A stretch of DNA of 64,000 nucleotides from Antedon mediterranea (GCF_964355755.1 NC_092672.1:13206001-13270000), one strand, 5' to 3'; positions 13,101-24,750 are shown, numbered from the stretch's first letter. Translations and numbers: made by a program. Notes: generated by a model from the letters alone, not told the origin.

Positions 13101-16100
13101 TCGCTTCGCTCGCGTACCATCTAGGTCGTGCCCACAGATGGTTCTCGAATACACAGTAATTTCAGCGTAACAAAACTGGCGATTTCAAATGTACGTACCG
13201 TAGGACTATAATACATTGTCGTTTACAGAAACGAATAAATAGACAAGATGGAGAAACTTATCAAAATGAGTCCAAATTTTTGATTTGGACTCATTTAAAG
13301 AAACCCAATTTGTGTTTTGTATGTAACATTAGGATTGAGGGATGGGAAAACGGATAGGTACAAAGAGGAACACTTTTTAAATATATTCTTTATTCACTCA
13401 GTAACGAAATATTTTTTTCATGTTTTATAGGCCTATAAATAATATACCTCTAAATACAGTAAAACATTTGCGATTTAATACTTTGTTAAAACTGTCACTG
13501 TCATAATCGATTGAAATATTAAAGTACATGTCACGATACACCACTACGACGTTTATATTTTTGGTAATTATTAATTAATACAAACGTTGAGAAGGAACTG
13601 TCAGTATAAAGTTTATTTGTATATAATAATGTGTTTATATATCTAACAGTAGAGCCTATCCACAATCTCAGTAATAAAGTATATTTGTATATATTTTTAT
13701 GTTACATCTAACAGTACGAACATTCACAGTAAGAAATGTTCGATTCAAATGAGGACCAAAAATAGTTAATAGGTATTTACAGTATTTTCAAAGTATTGCA
13801 AATTTATTCTCAAAGGGCCCATAAATTTACATACCGTATATGTTAAACCAAGGGCTCATAAATTTACCTACTTGTGTTAAACCAAACTCTGGCAGACTGA
13901 GAGATTGGGATGTTCCATTCATCGCAAATCAATACATTTGTATAATCGTATATTAAATCTATCAAAATAGTATTTTTTTAAAGAAAATCGGCCTGTCTTC
14001 AACATTATGATGGTGTACTCTAGCTGTTCAACTGGTTTTCAGCTATTAAAAACAATTATCGTAGGAGGAGATAGGAAAATGCGAAGCCTCCTCGCATTTT
14101 TGTGGCGGGTATTTTTCAAGATGGACATCCATTAGACAGTGTATACCACGATTGGAAAACACCCCTATTTGGAGCAAATCGTTGAACCTAAATTCGTTTT
14201 ATCTAACTTAATTTAATTAGTAAACAGGGTTACATCAGGTGGTTAAAATCAGTACCGAAAGTACGAACCAACTCTATATACCATCGAGTACAAATTCTAA
14301 AAGTAAGGCGCGATTTACCGAATTTTGCCCTTACGTAAATTTATATATAGATTATTATAGGGTAGTAGGACTAGCTTATATTTAGGAAATGGTAACCTGT
14401 CTTATTTTTCATTACTCTTTATTCGCAATATAGCATGTGGTTCACAATTATTTGGAAGGAATTGTGATATATATTGTTCAAAACATAGGGTTAACTCGTG
14501 TATGGGCAACATGATGTGTCCACCATCACCACAGGGATGTTCTTGCACTGATGGATATACTGGTCCGGACTGTATTCAAGGTATGATACGTCAAGAAGAT
14601 ATCTAACCATTTAAAATATCATTATGAAACTGCCTTATTTCTCAACATAATATTATATAGCGAAAATAAAATGACAGTTTAATTATGTTAAAGAAAATTC
14701 AATGTTAATGCTGTGTTATACATTAGTACACTTTTAATAAGTAGGCCTACATTTATAATGCTATACATTTAATTTTAATATGATTGATTTACATGTACTT
14801 TAAGGAAGTTATTTTGATGAGTATTTATCAGTTGTCTTTTTAAGGAAGGTGATTATCGATGTCATGTTATTTTGTAGTTTTAATAAAGTTGAAAAAAAAA
14901 ACAAAAAAAAAAACAAGATTTCACTTATAAAATAACCTAATAATTTGTTAAATTTAATTAGAAGTTCATTGGCTGACAGCTAATTTCAACATTAAAAAAA
15001 AAAATTTACAGTTTTTTCAGGTAAATAAATTTTGTTTCCTTCCAATTTTTTTATCAAAGTTGATAACTTCTATGTGGCATTAAAATTGCATATTCAACAA
15101 CAACAATATGTAATTTTTTTTTCAGGGAGACAATACATCTTTAATGTATTGCAATTAATCTATCTCTTATTTATACTTATAGATCCAACATTACCGATTA
15201 TGTAATAGATTGTACTGTTTTCATATAGCTTTTATTTGGTTATGTTAAATTATTCTGTTCTTTAAATTATTGTTATCTTGTTTATGTAAGTATTTTGAAA
15301 TGGAATAAATAAAAAGTAAATTATTAGTTATATATAAATGCAATTTACAGAATGTTCTCCTGGGATGTATGGGTCTGATTGTCAGCAGAGGTGCCAGTGT
15401 GACGTCAGTCATTGTGATCGAAAGTCAGGTTGTAATGGAACATGTTACGAAGGATATGCTGGACCTCAATGCCAAGGTAATAAACTTATCGAAGAAGGGA
15501 ACATTCCATAATTATCTGTCGAGTACGATCCTATTTTCTGGATAATCTTTATTTATCAAAATATATGATTCAAGTTGTTTAGTTGGTTTAGACTAGAACA
15601 AATGTCTCTATTTTAAAAGCGATTTTAGTGGACGTTCTGCGTATACCAATTGCCCTTCTTTCCAAGACATAGTTTTTTAAATTTCATACGCATCCAACAG
15701 CGATCGGTGACTCGCCAATTACAGGATGGATAAACTATTTAATACTTGATTGTGCTAATAAACTAAGTTTTATTTGAGGCTTAGGGAGAGTGAAGTTGAA
15801 AGAGTCGTCAGTTACATCCTTGGAACTAGGTCAGCATTGAACTCCGGACCTTGACATTGGAAGGCAAACACGTTAACCACCAAGCCAGAGCTCCACTACA
15901 AATAAAAATTTACCACAATTAAACATTCTACCATTTAAAATGTAAATTTGACATTTTTTTTTCAGTATTAGTGCATGATCGTACTTGTTCCAATGGTCAC
16001 TTTGGTGCCTTATGTAACTATCCTTGTCACTGCCAAGACTCATCAAATTGTCATCGTAATGGAAGCTGTGATAATGGATGTGCTGCCGAATGGACAGGGG

Positions 16101-19100
16101 CCGACTGCAGTATCGGTATGTTTTTGTTTTAAAATTAATTTTAGGCAGAAGAATAATGTGCCATCGAGACAAATAAACAATATTAAGGTTAGGTTTGCGA
16201 TATATCATGTCCTAAAGAAAATAATGTATTGAGAATGCCTACTTTACCATTTTAAATAGTATATTTGTAGTATTTAATGCAGTAATACCTGAATTGGTTG
16301 AAGATGTAATTACCAATTTTACTTAATCATAATACAACTTTTAAGTCATCAGATAGAGACAGATGAACAGAGTAGGTTTACCTACTGCTATACGATGTTA
16401 ATAAATTACTTTTCCGTAAAGGGAATAGTCTTATACATATTAAAATAATCAAGTACATTAATTGTGTGTACATTAATATAGCTCTGCCGTATATGAGGAA
16501 ATTAAACGTGACAAATATACAAGCAACCAGTATAGATGTGTCTCATTTATGGGTATTTGGCGAAGACTTTGGAACTGGACCCGCTACTGCTTATACATTA
16601 TGTTACCGCAGCACCAACGATTGGCTTTGTCAGAAAACAATACAAAGTCTGTCAACAATCAATGGCTTAATACCAAACACAACACTTGAAATAAAGGTTC
16701 AAGTTTTCAAAAAGATTGGTTATGATGACATTGGAGGTCCTATGAAAACAGTTACAAGAATCAGAACTATTTGTCTCGGTAAGTTCTAAACTTGATCAAT
16801 TAGTTTAATTTGTCTATTTTTACTCTATAGTTCACTATGTCGGTCGGTCTGTCGGTCGGTCTGTCTGTCGGTCTGTCGGTCTGTCTGTCTGTCTGTCGGT
16901 CCGGTATCACTATGCGTTTTATCGCTTTCTGACCTTATCTTGATATCAGTTTAATCTAGCTAAGTCAATTTTTCACAGTATATTCCTTATGACCAGGAAT
17001 CGTTGTGGTTATGTTTTCACGGTGCCCAATAAAAAATTACGCGGTCTACGCACGATCTAACGAAATCACGTTTGTAATCATATCTTCACAACCATGAATC
17101 ACAATTAAATAAAATTTGGTACTCATAAATTTCAGGGCATAAATCATCATATGGCAATACAATTACGTGCGTAGCGCATGTAACGCATGCGTACGCGCGC
17201 TTAAAATTTTCAAAATTTATTTTCGATGAAATAAGAGTACGTTTCAGGCAAATTTAAGCGTTTACAAAATTGCCATGAGTGCGCAGATTTTTGTGCGCAC
17301 TGCGCGTTAAATGTTATTGCGCACTCTTTTTGCCCGATTTCTGTTTTCTTGACTTACTTTTCAACTCGAAATTACGTTATACGAGCACGTCAAAAGTGAC
17401 AGGCTACGCACGTGTAAATTTAAAAAATATAAATGTTTTTAAACATTTCAACATTTTTAAACAGGTTCAGTAATTTCGGTCAGTTGGTAGGTTGGTCGGT
17501 CGGTCTGTCTGTCGGTCTGTCTGTCGGTCTGTCGGTCGGTCTGTCGGTCCGGTATCACTATGCATTGTAGCACGCGACTTAATGGCTGTTGGCCTTGTTT
17601 ATTATAGTTTAAAAATAAAAATAAACTCTATCCAACTCTAATCTAAGCAATATAATCTCATTTCCTTTATAAATATCTTTTTACAAAATCAGTTCTGACC
17701 CTTTTGGTGACGACAATATTGTCATTGAAACTGAATGTGGTAGAATAATAATTGAAAATTTTATATACAATACTGATTTATTCATAATTTTATCTTTTTT
17801 TATTCATTTTGATTTTTCATTTTCATTGTAAAAACCTGTACAACCAATAGTGGAATTAGAATTACATGTACAATATATAATATATATATTATATTGGTTG
17901 AACAAAACATTTACGCAAAATATGACAGGGAGTATATCATAACTGTAATTTTAGTACAATTTAATACAAAATGAAAATATAGAATATAATAGAGCACTGG
18001 AAGGTAAGATTTACTAAGATGAATTATCAATTACAGAACCTCTTGATTCGCCAAAGGTAGAAACATTGTCAACCAACAAGGACACTATTGTAGTAAAATG
18101 GAAGGTGGGCATTTTCAATGTATTTTTTAATTACCTTATTGTTGTTGTACCTTAATAAAACATCCATTTTTTGAGCTAATGTATTGTTTTATCTGTCTTA
18201 AAATTTGCCAGTCACAAGTATATAGACAGTATCGAATTTTGATCGATAAACTTTTATGTGTTAATAATAATGTAAACGACATTTTACTGTAGTTATGTTT
18301 ACTTTTCTCCAAGGCTGTAGATTTCAATCCTACGCGGTTGCAGTGTGACAGTTTATTACATTACGACGTTGGTTACCAAACTGGGATTAAAGACGCTTGG
18401 GAAACATTTCAAGTTAATTATGATCAGACCGAAGCAACTATTAACTTTTTAGATTATGACATGGTATATCAAGTTAGAGTTAGGGCAGTGAATACAGCAG
18501 GAATTACAGGACCATGGAGTGAAATATGGACAATTAAAATTCCAGAAAATAAAACAGGTCAGGTTTCGTTCTTTGTAATTGACAATTACCCAGACTCTAT
18601 AGACTCAGCATCAGTGCGCTTAGCAGTAAAAAATAAATAAATAAATAAATAAAAATAAAATACCAGGAAATTTCAAACAATAGTAAACAAAATTATAAAA
18701 TAGCTGTGTTTGTTACTCTTGTCTTTTTTCGATACTTTTTTCCATCTACTAACACTCATCTACTAGGCCTAAGTAAACTAATTGTTTATACATTTACTCT
18801 CATCTACTAGGGTAAACTATTTATTTATATATTTACTTTCATCTATTAAATACACGATTTGTTTATACATTATTTTACTCTCATCTACTAAATAAACTAA
18901 TTGTTTATACATATTCTCTCATCTACTTAATACAGTATAAGAATACATTGACTTTCATCTATTAAATAATCGAATTGTTAATAAATTTTCTTATTTAGGA
19001 TCAAAGATAGCTATATATGTGCTCTCATCAGTGGTCGCATTGTTAGTTATTTCTACCGTTGTGGTTCTTGACAAATTGAGGTATGTGTCGAATGACCCTG

Positions 19101-19600
19101 GTTAGACCTATATTGCAATTAAGTGTATTCATTTGAATAATCAACTGAAACTTACAACATTTCATCTCTCATCAGTGACGCCATAACAGTATTTAAACCT
19201 TTATCATTGAGTAATAACTATGCTTACTAATTCCTATTTCAGACGAATTAAACGCCAGGTTAACGGATATAAAAAGGATTCTGGAAACTTTCAGATTAAC
19301 ACAATATCAAAGCCGTCACAAAATTACCAAGACGACAGTTACACTTCACTGCAAAAAGAAGCGTGTTGTTTGGTAGAATCTCCGAACAATACCTACGAAC
19401 AAGAAACCCCAAAAGACGAGATATTTTATTTGAACGTTACCAATTTATCCCAAAATAAACAAACAGAAGACGCCATAGCCGATACTGATACAACGTATGA
19501 TGAAATCTTTGTTGGCGGTTTAGAGAAGGAAAGAGGAACTGATGCACGAAAAAAACCTCCGGTGCCTAAGAAACCAACACTAACGAATGACAAAGAATAA
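1183..19600 (+). CDS. Receptor A: multi-exon kinase-less Tie-like type I membrane protein, [Ig-like, Ig, EGFx4, FN3]-[Ig-like, Ig, EGFx4, FN3, FN3]-TM-Tyr/Pro-rich tail; 5' end probably outside the window
   Basis: AG/GT-bounded in-frame exons: 1183-1551, 2065-2319 (Ig, DAGVYEC), 3148-3279 (CYNGGICDHITGLCIC), 3753-3887, 9142-9273, 9379-9543, 9785-10105 (FN3), 10712-11110, 11513-11758 (Ig, DAGIYEC), 11848-11982, 14434-14580, 15351-15476, 15966-16115, 16482-16778 (FN3), 18037-18104, 18314-18557 (FN3, YQVRVRAVN), 18999-19080 (TM IAIYVLSSVVALLVISTVVVL), 19243-19600 (tail, TAA). The EGF pattern KWG..C..C..CYNGG.C and CPP.P..CSC matches the Tie family. Confidence 0.85.
2526..2805 (+). mobile_element. 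tRNA-derived SINE with CORE/Meta-like central domain and L2-like tail
   Basis: A-box TGGCGCAGTG, B-box GGTTCGAATCC, central GGCAAGATACTT...TGCCTCTCTCCACCCAGGTGTA, 3' GCGCTATATAAAT followed by (TAT)n. Confidence 0.7.
4210..7257 (-). CDS. pol: LINE ORF2: apurinic-like endonuclease plus reverse transcriptase
   Basis: Uninterrupted 1015-codon ORF with GDFN, LDL, SDH (APE); YRPVSL, DFSKAFD, GVPQGSVLGP, FADD (RT); CR1-type C-terminus TRGH...SFS.R....WN. Confidence 0.93.
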   Translation of the reverse strand: MIVFEALVHHHKEFSNIESFCFEENYFNLERKVKQKFIRKKKCSEDKKKFKTFIEGLKQKKSRLRNDDIVDFHEKSLKFLYTNADALRNKMGELRDIINQRKPDVVAITEVNNKTCTDILEVELSIKGYTKFDSGRSGRGVVIFAKEELNASICNELLNLNFVEALWIKIEINKRQQLLCGCIYRSPNSIDENNQALLSAINKASELNGISDFIMLGDFNFPEIDWISWSTNKNETHKSNRFIECLRDNFLCQCIQQPTRFRDGQTPNILDLVITMDETKISEIEIGPPLGKSDHVTILFSYDCVTKIQEKMEYKLNFNKGDYIKMKELITEVDYQFENTNVEEACEALNKSIRNAVQICIPKSNIKKENKPIWMTGDVQRKIKMKHNAWKKFTRSRQQKDYDSYKKARNIVTGEKRAAKIALERKICNEVKTNPKSFWKYVREKTKTTQSIGLVKNGKGNMADDNQHKAEIFNAFFTSVFTNEDLESLPEVTPRVDVDDHLESIEVTKEEVLTCLQQMNSNKSAGPDDVHPRVLKELKEIVATPLTSIYNKSLSTGQLPECWKCANVVPIFKKGDKTEVGNYRPVSLTSVVCKLLESIVRDKIIQFLNDRNLIIKAQHGFRKGRSCVTQLLEVMEEWMKLLDAGENFDAVYLDFSKAFDSIPHQRLITKLEAYGIKGNLLRWIHQFLTGRRQRVRVAAAFSEWSTVKSGVPQGSVLGPLLFIIFINDLPDAVKSKVWMFADDTKMFNVVYENRNDTVQNDLKALSDWSKKWQLKFNINKCKVIHYGNSNPQMQFTMPTEEGDEDLPNANTEKDLGVTFDQSLKFSLHTNEAVNKANRLIGLVRRSFAYMDKDMFLPLYKSIIRPHLEYASCIWYPLLKGDLDKLERVQRRATKIVKKLRDKSYDQRLKELGLPTLNYRRRRADIIQVFKIIKGLDDIEAETFFDFREDSRTRGHQFKLRKPRARLKIRSHSFSCRIVNTWNNLYHTTVQAENINAFKDQLNKDRAMGDKFCYQF
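7223..8246 (-). CDS. LINE ORF1 (PHD finger, coiled coil, RRM-like), split by a +1 frameshift near 7715
   Basis: ORF 7698-8261 has CAIC..CDIC..C..C..W.CDTC (PHD). ORF 7223-7732 has R..RKLNIVIENLPE...IYINPDRS..ER, typical of CR1 ORF1. Confidence 0.85.
8564..9100 (+). mobile_element. Degenerate L2-clade LINE 3' fragment; its upstream part lies at ~4040-4113
   Basis: KNLGVMFDSSL (4081-4113) continues as KMSSKVNAL*KSLNNQLR, then LILSRLDYANSLL, LQRLQN, LHWL, GDGVFSV (L2 C-terminal motifs) with stops and frameshifts. Confidence 0.75.
10172..10673 (-). mobile_element. 5'-truncated LINE 3' fragment with (TTGAC)n tail
   Basis: Absent from the paralogous 99-bp intron at 25820-25918. Flanked by a TATTA duplication; AGTCAAGTCAAGTCAAGT tail. 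Confidence 0.6.
12020..12950 (+). mobile_element. Diverged non-autonomous Helitron
   Basis: 5' TCTA...TTTACGTAAGGGCAAAATT and 3' GAGAACCATCTGTGAACACGACCTAGACGGTACGCG match the ends of the 13088-14351 element. Confidence 0.6.
13088..14351 (-). mobile_element. Complete non-autonomous Helitron (~1.26 kb)
   Basis: Minus strand reads A|TCTATATATAAATTTACG ... CTAGATGGTACGCGAGCGAAGCGAGCGTACCATCTAG|T: 5' TC, 3' GC-rich hairpin ending CTAG, A/T insertion site, no target duplication. Confidence 0.85.
15760..15893 (-). mobile_element. tRNA-derived SINE head
   Basis: Reverse strand GGAGCTCTGGCTTGGTGGTTAACG...GGTCCGGAGTTCAATGC contains A- and B-box-like motifs. Confidence 0.5.
16819..17600 (+). mobile_element. 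DINE-1/HINE-like (Helentron-associated) non-autonomous element
   Basis: Two (GTCY)n microsatellite blocks, subterminal CACGCGACT, 3' GGCTGTTGGCC stem and a T-rich site. A near-identical inverted copy lies at 48414-49256. Confidence 0.7.
18735..18990. repeat. ~40-45 bp degenerate minisatellite upstream of the TM exon
   Basis: Repeated CTCTCATCTACTA...AATTGTTTATACATTT units. Confidence 0.65.
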
Positions 19601-21379
19601 CACGATTTGTAGGCCTATAACACATGAAAAAACGTTATGCATTCTGCTTTATGCAGTAAATATGTCATAAATATGGCGACATAGTTGTTTTTTAAATATA
19701 ATTACTTGTGTACAAGTATTTAGTAAATTGATTGATTGAGTGTGTTTTAGTTTAATAATAATAGGTAAAATAAAATATATGCTAATTCTGAAATACTATA
19801 TTATAAATGATTTGTTTTCTCTTTTGTTGCAATCACAACAAACATCATGAAAATAATGCACATTCAAATTTAAATGGATGAGCTAATTATGTAATATTGT
19901 ATTACTTGTTATAAGTGTTTGTGAATACAGTTATATAAACCATTATTTTAGATGCATATCAAACTACAGTATTAGGTTTCTATCTCAACTTTTCTACATA
20001 TCATATTAATGTAAGTATAAGTATTAGTAAGGTATTATATCATTTTTTCTTTTACACATTATATTAATGTCTCTTCATAGCTTTTTAAATAAATATGTTA
20101 AATAAGTGGTTACTCTTCGTTAGGTTGTCATTAATTTATGTAATAATGTAATGCATTACAGTATAAGTACGTAAGAATTGTGTGTGTACCAAACTATAAC
20201 TCCTTAACATTATCTGCAGTCACGCTAATTTTGATTTTGAATTAATTTCGTATAATGTGTTACATGCATGCATACAATATACAGTAGGCAACACGGCAGA
20301 TTTATGTGAACTGATACTGTATGAATGAGGAAAAGAATCATTTTACTCTTGCCTGCTTTAACTAAGCATATTTTTTAATTCTTAAAATGTTCTTTTTTTA
20401 TGAATTAAAGATAACAAAATCTTCCTCTCATATCTGTTAATATAATTCAAAAAACTGTATAAAAATAATTTGTTGTACAACTGATCGAAATACATATACA
20501 CATATTTAAATTTAAGGTTGCTAAACTCTCGAGCTTTGACCTTGTTGGTTATCATTAAAATGTGTACGTTTGATATGTTTTGTTCTTTTAATTGTTTATC
20601 ATAATATGGAAAATAAAACTGAAACTGACATTTTTAGCAGATGTCTGCTGTGATTGTATGTTTCTGTTGTCTGGATACTTCCTGGTATCAATCAATCAAT
20701 CAATCGTTCGATTTATATAGCGCCATTCCAACATTCATTGCTCATGGCGCTGTAGAAAAAATCAGTATGGTATGGTGCAGGGGCGGTAAAGAATTTACAA
20801 AGTTACAAAGCCACACGGAAATGCAAGTTAATAATGAATTTCATATAAAAGATAAACCAGTAAACTTAGTGAATCGTCAAGAGCTTACTGTTTACTACCA
20901 TGTTAAACGCTATTGAGTATCTGAGTCTGATTTTTCTGTTATGTTTCTGTGCGTCGATGACGTCTGCAGGTTAGTAACCATCTTTTTGTATGTAATTTCT
21001 TATATCTTGAATTCTATTTTTAAAATATTCCACAAGCATGCATACATTTGTTTAAAGAAGTAAATTATATACAGTATACACCTTTGTACACTACTTGTAG
21101 CAAATGTTATCTCCTTTGAATTTTAACACGACTATGGGCACTGCGATACCTTAACATATGATCTAATCTTAATTCATGACGTATCGGACCATTTTCCAAA
21201 TAATAGATATAAACAATAATTTTCACACCACTGATGACATTAAGTAGTATATTAAAGATATTCTGCATTAAACTGTGATATAGTGGAGGAGGATTGGTCA
21301 ACCATATATCAGTGCAATCATTCATCTACTTTTGATACTTTCCTTACTAAATGTTACAATATCATAACAAAGATAAACA

Positions 21380-21911
21380 TACTCGGATATATAACTTAAC
21401 TAAACATAACATTTTTAGACATTTGAAAAAAAAAATCATTTCTTTCTAAGGCGTTTGACGGTCTAGACCACGAAATACTACTTTTTAGTTATGTTTTCAG
21501 GAGAATTACTCTAAATTCGTTCAAAAGTTATTTGCAAAATAGTACACAAGTTGCACTAGGATCATATAAATCTGAAATGAGTGATATTACTTGGTTCAAG
21601 TTTCTGTATTAAGACCTCAATTTATAATTATCTTTAAACGACCTCTACAGAGCTTCACATAATTTCTTTTGCCGATGACATTACTCCATACAAAAATAAT
21701 TCTATACTATAAAAAATCATTCCTTAAACCATTTTTCTCCATGCTTAAACTTACATATTGAAATTAATGGTAAAGAAATCGAAGGTAAAACTGAAACTCT
21801 ATTTCTTGGAGTCTACGAATTGGACATTCCACCAACAATATATAGCTAAAATGATATTTAAAGTTATTGGATTTACTAACAAACATTTTATCCAACCAAC
21901 AATCTTCTTTC
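21380..21911 (+). mobile_element. Highly degenerate LINE RT remnant
   Basis: TCTAAGGCGTTTGAC...CACGAAATA (SKAFD..DHEI) and TTTGCCGATGAC (FADD) are still recognisable. Confidence 0.5.
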
Positions 21912-21913
21912 TA

Positions 21914-24293
21914 CGGTGGCTGATTTCCGCCAAAGAAAACAATTATTTTATAAAAATACGGCATTATAACGTCGTATTAGGACGTTATAACGCCATAATA
22001 CGGCGTTATAACGCCCTAATACGGCGTTATAACGCCTTAATTATACAATCCGTTTACACGTACATGCGCATGCGTAGTACATCAACAAACCCAGATCCAT
22101 AAAGAGTTGCGACTTTGAATGGATTTAATTAAAGCCATTTTTGTGTAAAACTATTCCTATGTAAAGTATGGAGTTGAGTCCTTTGTTTTAAAAATGTATA
22201 ACATTCAAAAGGCTTTAACTCGAATTTAATATCAAAACAATCAATTTGTTAAAATTTTTTTTTTAAATAATATGAACATTATTTTGATGATTTTAAACAA
22301 CAGAAATAGCTTTAATCCATTTAATTTAACGGCTCTGGCTGTGCGCTCCATGCACGCTCTACGCGTGCGCGTTTATTTTGTACAGCGATTCTCTATAGAT
22401 GCATTGTTTTTACATTTTGTTGTTTAAAGGCCAGTGGCCGTATTCACCAATCACACTTAAGTGAGATATTTCCATTAAATCCTAAGGATTTCCCTTAAAT
22501 CAAGAAAATATTAAGGGTTTCACTTAAGTGGTATTCACAAAGGGGTTAAGGTTAAGGGAAACCCTTAACTTGGTCTATTTTCCCCTTAACTTTTAAGGGA
22601 CCTCAGAGGTCCCTTAAAAGTTCCCTTAACTATTCAGTACCTTGGTTGTGCTGACGATTCTGTATGTGCGAGTACTATGCCTACTTATGGATGGCCCCAG
22701 TCTAGGCTAGGTAGAGATGCTAGGCCCCTGTTGGTCTGCCCACTAACCAGCCTAGGATTCATGTTTGGTTTGAGTAGCATCTAGACATTTTTTTGCTGAT
22801 CCCCACCCATACAAATTAGTCTATGCCTATATATTGATTTATTTGTTTTGTTTTGACTGCCATTATTTTTGTGGAAGTTTCCCATTTCGTTGTAATAGAA
22901 ATTAGCCCCATTCTAGTAGGCTAGGTAGAGATGATAGGCCCCCTGTTGGTCTGCCCAGTAACCAGCCTAGGATGCATATGCCTCAATACAGACAGGTTTA
23001 GGCCTACACAGAATGTAGGTTTGTTAGTAGCATCTAGGCTAGACCTATTTTTCTTGATCCTCATACAAATTAGTCTAGGTTTAATATTCATTTACTTGTT
23101 TTTGTTTTGATTGCCATCGTCTATACATTTTTCTCTTCATCCTCCCCGTCCCCCCAACCCCTTACTCTTTTTAAAAATATGCAAATTAGTTTTAGAGAAG
23201 AAAGTGATTGGACCATAGGGGAATTAAATCCTCTGTGATTGGACAACGGGACAACTCATGAATATTTATGATTAATTTTACCCTTAAGTCTTACCCTTAA
23301 ATTAAGTGTTTTCCTTAGGTAAGTGAATACCTTAACTCATTTGTGAATACCCCTTAAGTGTTTCCCTTTGTTAAGGGAATTCTTAAATTTTAAGGGTAAG
23401 TATTTCCCTTAGCCTAAGTGAGATTGGTGAATACGGCCACAGGTGCGGGAAAAAAATTCTATTGATCATACATTCCAATAATTATCGATCTATAGTTTCC
23501 CCTATGTTTCATAATTTTTGGGATTTTATTTGTGTTACTTGAGCTTGTTAAAAATAAGCACTTTCTTATCAGTGGGGGGATAGTTCAAATTACACAGTAA
23601 AATCTCTATTCTTTTGTACACACATTTTGTAAAAAAAGAGGCATTTTAAAAAGCTATGAAAAATTAACGGTGTGGTAAAAAATGTTATCAGATGACTACA
23701 TATAGGTAGTATAACTTAAATTTTACATTTCTGGTATTTTTATTCAACTTCAGATTTTTATTTTCATGCTATAGCAGAAATTATCCACCGTCATCTTTTT
23801 TCACCTTCTAGAGAGTCACTAGACATGTTATTACATTAGGTTAAACTACCTAACTACTGAAAAAAAGTCTTCCTGGTTTTTATAGCAGAATTTTGCCAAA
23901 TTTTGTATTTGACCATATTAAGGAAAATTCCTGTTTTTTCGTTTTGATTTCTGTTACAAATATTTGATTTATGTACAATTAACCAGATATTATATTCAAA
24001 ATTCATTCCTGTATCTGAGCTTTAAAATCATCTTCGCAGTAACTTTATGATTTCGTTATTATCTTAACAAAAACCTTTAAACAAATTGATTGTTTTGATA
24101 TTTTAATTAGATATTTAAAACCTTGTGACTTAAGCAAATGACTCGACTCCATACTCTACATGGGCATAGTTGGCCCTAATTTAGGGCGTTATAACGCCGT
24201 ATTAGGGCGCTATAACGCCATAATTACGGCGTTATAACACCGTATTATTTATATTATTAAATAATTGTTTTCTTTGGCGGAAATCAGCCACCG
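21914..24293. mobile_element. Non-autonomous TA-targeting TIR transposon (Tc1/mariner-like)
   Basis: TA|CGGTGGCTGATTTCCGCCAAAGAAAACAATTATTT ... AAATAATTGTTTTCTTTGGCGGAAATCAGCCACCG|TA, with subterminal GGCGTTATAACGCC repeats at both ends. Confidence 0.8.
22435..23439. mobile_element. PIF/Harbinger-type MITE nested in the TA element
   Basis: CAG|TGGCCGTATTCACCAATC ... GATTGGTGAATACGGCCA|CAG (3-bp CWG duplication) with many subterminal TTAAG repeats. Confidence 0.8.
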
Positions 24294-24750
24294 TATAAAG
24301 AAGACTTTCTTTAAATAAATATAAATGTCACATTGAATATAATTAATTTAATACCTGTATATAGTTTGCAATTATATAATACCGCATGGAAAACATTACT
24401 GTTGCAGTGAAACCCGCGGATTGCTTATCTTTTGACATTTTCTTCTTCTTCTACGTTGAATTTTTCAAAAATAGTTTTGAAAATAAGTTGGAAACATCAT
24501 CAACGATATCTTAAAGAGAAATATTCATGTTTTTCTTATTTTTTATTATTTTTATTATTCTTAAGTTATTTGCTGTATTTTTTTTTTTTTTTTTTTGTTA
24601 TTAGTGAAGCTATTTTTTCTACATCTGTGTGTGGGTTTCTCGCAAGGTTTGTTTTTTGTTTGTTTTTGTTTTTAAGCCGTACATTATTTGAGGCGCTTTA
24701 CTTATTTAGTAGGCATACAACTGAAACAGCCGTTATACTTTTTTAAACAG

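Noticed and set aside
12038-14341. Apparent long-TIR DNA transposon
   Set aside because: Better explained as two oppositely oriented Helitrons: TC 5' ends, hairpin-CTAG 3' ends, no target duplication.
17693-17739. Possible mini-exon ending GAAACTGAATGTG|GTAGAAT, with a similar sequence at ~32600-32635 in B
   Set aside because: Acceptor phases are inconsistent between copies, and the flanking FN3 exons already join in frame (ICL-EPLDSP).
19350-19351. DSYTSL (~19333-19351) as an ITIM
   Set aside because: Position Y-2 is Asp, so it is not the consensus. It is noted only as a lone YxxL retained in both copies.
21960-22040. Short palindromic repeats GGCGTTATAACGCC resembling a CRISPR array
   Set aside because: No unique spacers and a eukaryotic context. 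They are mirrored at 24180-24245 as transposon subterminal repeats.
24432-24746. Hydrophobic 104-aa ORF as a signal or TM exon for copy B
   Set aside because: Low-complexity T-rich sequence with a TTG start and no splice donor in frame with B.
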